A program made the translations under genes and the position numbers. A stretch of DNA of 64,000 nucleotides. It comes from Nemertoderma westbladi. Taxonomy: Eukaryota > Animalia > Xenacoelomorpha. Below, one piece after another: positions 61,801 through 64,000 of the stretch. How positions within the stretch are numbered: the stretch's first letter is position 1; each line of letters opens with the position of its first letter. Location: NCBI GenBank assembly GCA_032718475.1, contig JAUCBJ010001223.1:1-64000 (forward strand). The letters are read 5' to 3'. Below the pieces are notes generated by a model, which was not told the DNA's origin, did not search any database, and worked only from the letters and a program-made list of their open reading frames with translations.

Positions 61801-64000
61801 GTTGTAGATATTGGGACCTTCGAGTAGATAGTCGTTGAGGCACTTTCCATTTGTCTTTGCCGACGCATCTACTACCATTCTCAGTTTACCTTTCTTAGGA
61901 TCTAAAGCCACGTGGAGTGGTAGGTAATATGTCCTGTCCGTATTTGGTTCGTCAACCGGTAGCTCCACGGCCCATCCCTTCTCAATGTACTTCTTGATGG
62001 TTCTATGGATGTACTCGTTTTTCTCGGGGCTCCGCTTCAGTGTCTGTTTCAACTTGCGAAGCCTCGTAAGCACCATCCCTTTATTATCGGGCAACGGTAG
62101 CTTCGGTAGCTTCCATACCATTCCTATGGTATACCGTCCCTCTTTGCACATCATGGACTCGTCTACGCTCTGTTGAGCCTGTTTGTCCTCCACCGAGGTC
62201 CCTACCCCGGTCTCTTTTAATCCCTCAAAATCTTGTTTGAGCAGTCTTTTAAGCTGCTCCTCTGCTCTCTCATCACCTATTTCCTGCATAGTTCCTGCGA
62301 ACATGCATCCTGATGTCTCCGACATCCTAAATGGTATCTTACTCTTGATTGGGCCACTCAGTGTCCACCCGAATGGCGTCAATATCGCCACTGGGTCACT
62401 CTCCCTGTCTTCGCCGAAGACCGTTTGCATCCTCTCGTGGGCCGTCGGGCAGTCCATGCCTACTATGATGGATACTTTCCTGACGTCCACCTCCGGGATT
62501 GAGAAGTCAATATTATCCAGGAACTTATATTGCTCGACCTCGATGTTAGTTGGTCGCCTGGCATTGATATTGATTGACTCTATCACTTGGATGGGGTCGA
62601 TAGTTGCCCCGTAGTTACATCCCGGTGCGACTGCTGCAATCGCGCACCGTCCGGTTCTCATCTCCAGGACCTCGTCTTTGCTCGAGATGGTTGTTACTGC
62701 CATTCTACTTCTCCTCGTCCTCAATCCTATTTCTTCGGCCACCCAATCCTCAATTAAAGTGAAGGCAGCTCCGCTATCGACCAACATCAGAGTGGTTACT
62801 GATCGATTGCCTTCCCCAATCACTCGCACCGGTACTACCCCAAGTAGCACCGTTCCTCTCTTCTTCGCCCCTACTGTGCTCGTCGCCATTGTTTGGCCTT
62901 TATTTCGACGGTACTTGACCGGCGTCTCCTCGCATTGCCTTGCTCGATGTCCACCCATCACACATCGCGAGCAGATCTCATTTTTGTCCGCGTATACTAC
63001 CTGATCCTCTCTGGGTAATGCTTGCCAGTAGCTGCAGTTCATGGTTAGATGTTTTGCATTTGCATGTAGCTGGCATTTAGCCTCTGGGTCGTAGCCGTCC
63101 TTGTACAGTGCATCGCGTATCGCAACTGCATTTGTACTAAAGTCCCTACTGTTTTTATAGTTTGTGCTCGGCCTACTGGATGTATTGGGGTTATGTTTGT
63201 TCGTGTTGTTGGTTTTCCCCTGTCCGGCCTTACTCTCTGCTAACTGTGGACTCGCAGTCCCCTGCGTCGCTGCGTATGGCAGTGATTGTCTGAGCTTTGG
63301 TAATGAATTCGACGTATTGTGCTCCGGTTTCGGTCGATGGTAGTCCGTCTTCGGTCCCTTTCCCAGACTGTCTTCGCTATAGACTGGGTCGATTATTAGT
63401 TCTGCTTCGTAGCTTAGGAAGCTAGACATTTCCTCTAGACCCGGTTCCGCACCCTTTTTGTCTCTAGTGGAGAAAGCGACTCTTCTCCACTTGTTACGCA
63501 GCCATATCGGCAGTGCCTGCGCTATCGTGGTGATGTTGTTGGAGGCGTTGAGCTCGTATGGTGCGTCCAACGTCTTTAACACGATCAGCGCCTTTTCAAC
63601 TTTGTTAGCAAACGTCTTAATGCTAACGGGATTATCCTGTAGGCCACCCGTTGTTATGCCTCTCAGGGTTTGCCTGATGATCTTGGCTGGGTGCCCGTAT
63701 TCCCTGTCCAGTGCCCGCCATGCTGTCGTGAAGCCCCCTTCTATACCCTGGTATTGCCTCACGATGTCGTATGCTGGGCCTCCCGTGTATACTTGCAGAT
63801 ACTTTAGGCACTCCGCCTGCGTCAAATTTTTTGTTAGTATCTCGTTGCTATACATGCGCCGAAACTGAAGATATTCTTCCGGCCTACTCCCATCGAATTT
63901 GAATGGTTCCACGGGTGGTAACTCGATCCTTGTTTTTAACGCATCGATTAACGTGGCCATCCCCACTGCTTGCGCCTCTAATGGGTTCGATGGATGTTGC
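58864..64000 (-). pseudogene. Element C gag-pol, one frame with a single in-frame TGA at 60688-60690
   Basis: FDGSRPEEY, CSRCVMGGHRARQC, LVDSGAAFTLI, YYLPLH, FYVDD, LHMFSDAS, WTDS, NEKT*YPIFIANRV, ENPADLLSRG, GVDMFGP, YSDSGTNFVGA, NSRPL. Confidence 0.95.

Larger units (their letters stand above)
56174..64000 (-). mobile_element. Bel/Pao LTR retrotransposon (element C), 5' part outside the window
   Basis: 3' LTR, 2.1 kb 3' region and near-intact gag-pol. Confidence 0.93.

Noticed and set aside
58985-63868. + strand ORFs overlapping element C pol (and similar ones over element A)
   Set aside because: Antisense shadows of the long coding frame, with no motifs.

Overview
AT-rich eukaryotic (metazoan, probably invertebrate) genomic DNA, mostly transposable elements. 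It contains three + strand exons (FN2-like, calcium-binding EGF, and a terminal exon with two CASPR/neurexin-IV-type fibrinogen-like modules) that could splice into one host gene across a ~28 kb intron. Five Bel/Pao LTR retrotransposon pieces lie on the minus strand: an 18 kb two-LTR element A (4390-22353, TSD CTGGA), a 5'-LTR + gag remnant B (~33230-36166), a nearly intact element C running off the right edge (56174-64000), and two older fragments. Also present are CR1/L2-type and RTE LINEs, a CRE-type 3' end fused to a histone H3 fragment, an AcademX remnant, several MITEs, satellites and a G2E3-like HECT pseudogene. Main observations: (1) Elements A and B, which have different LTR sequences, lack a TGG tRNA primer-binding site. 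In each, the 10-11 nt abutting the 5' LTR are complementary to a site inside its own LTR, the hallmark of Tf1-type self-priming, which I know only from the Tf1/sushi Ty3/Gypsy group. (2) Element A carries ~4 kb of extra non-env coding sequence ending in CCHC knuckles. (3) A LINE ORF2 has a ~500 aa hydrophobic leader before a 2A-like motif. All calls are by-eye readings; no database searches were run.
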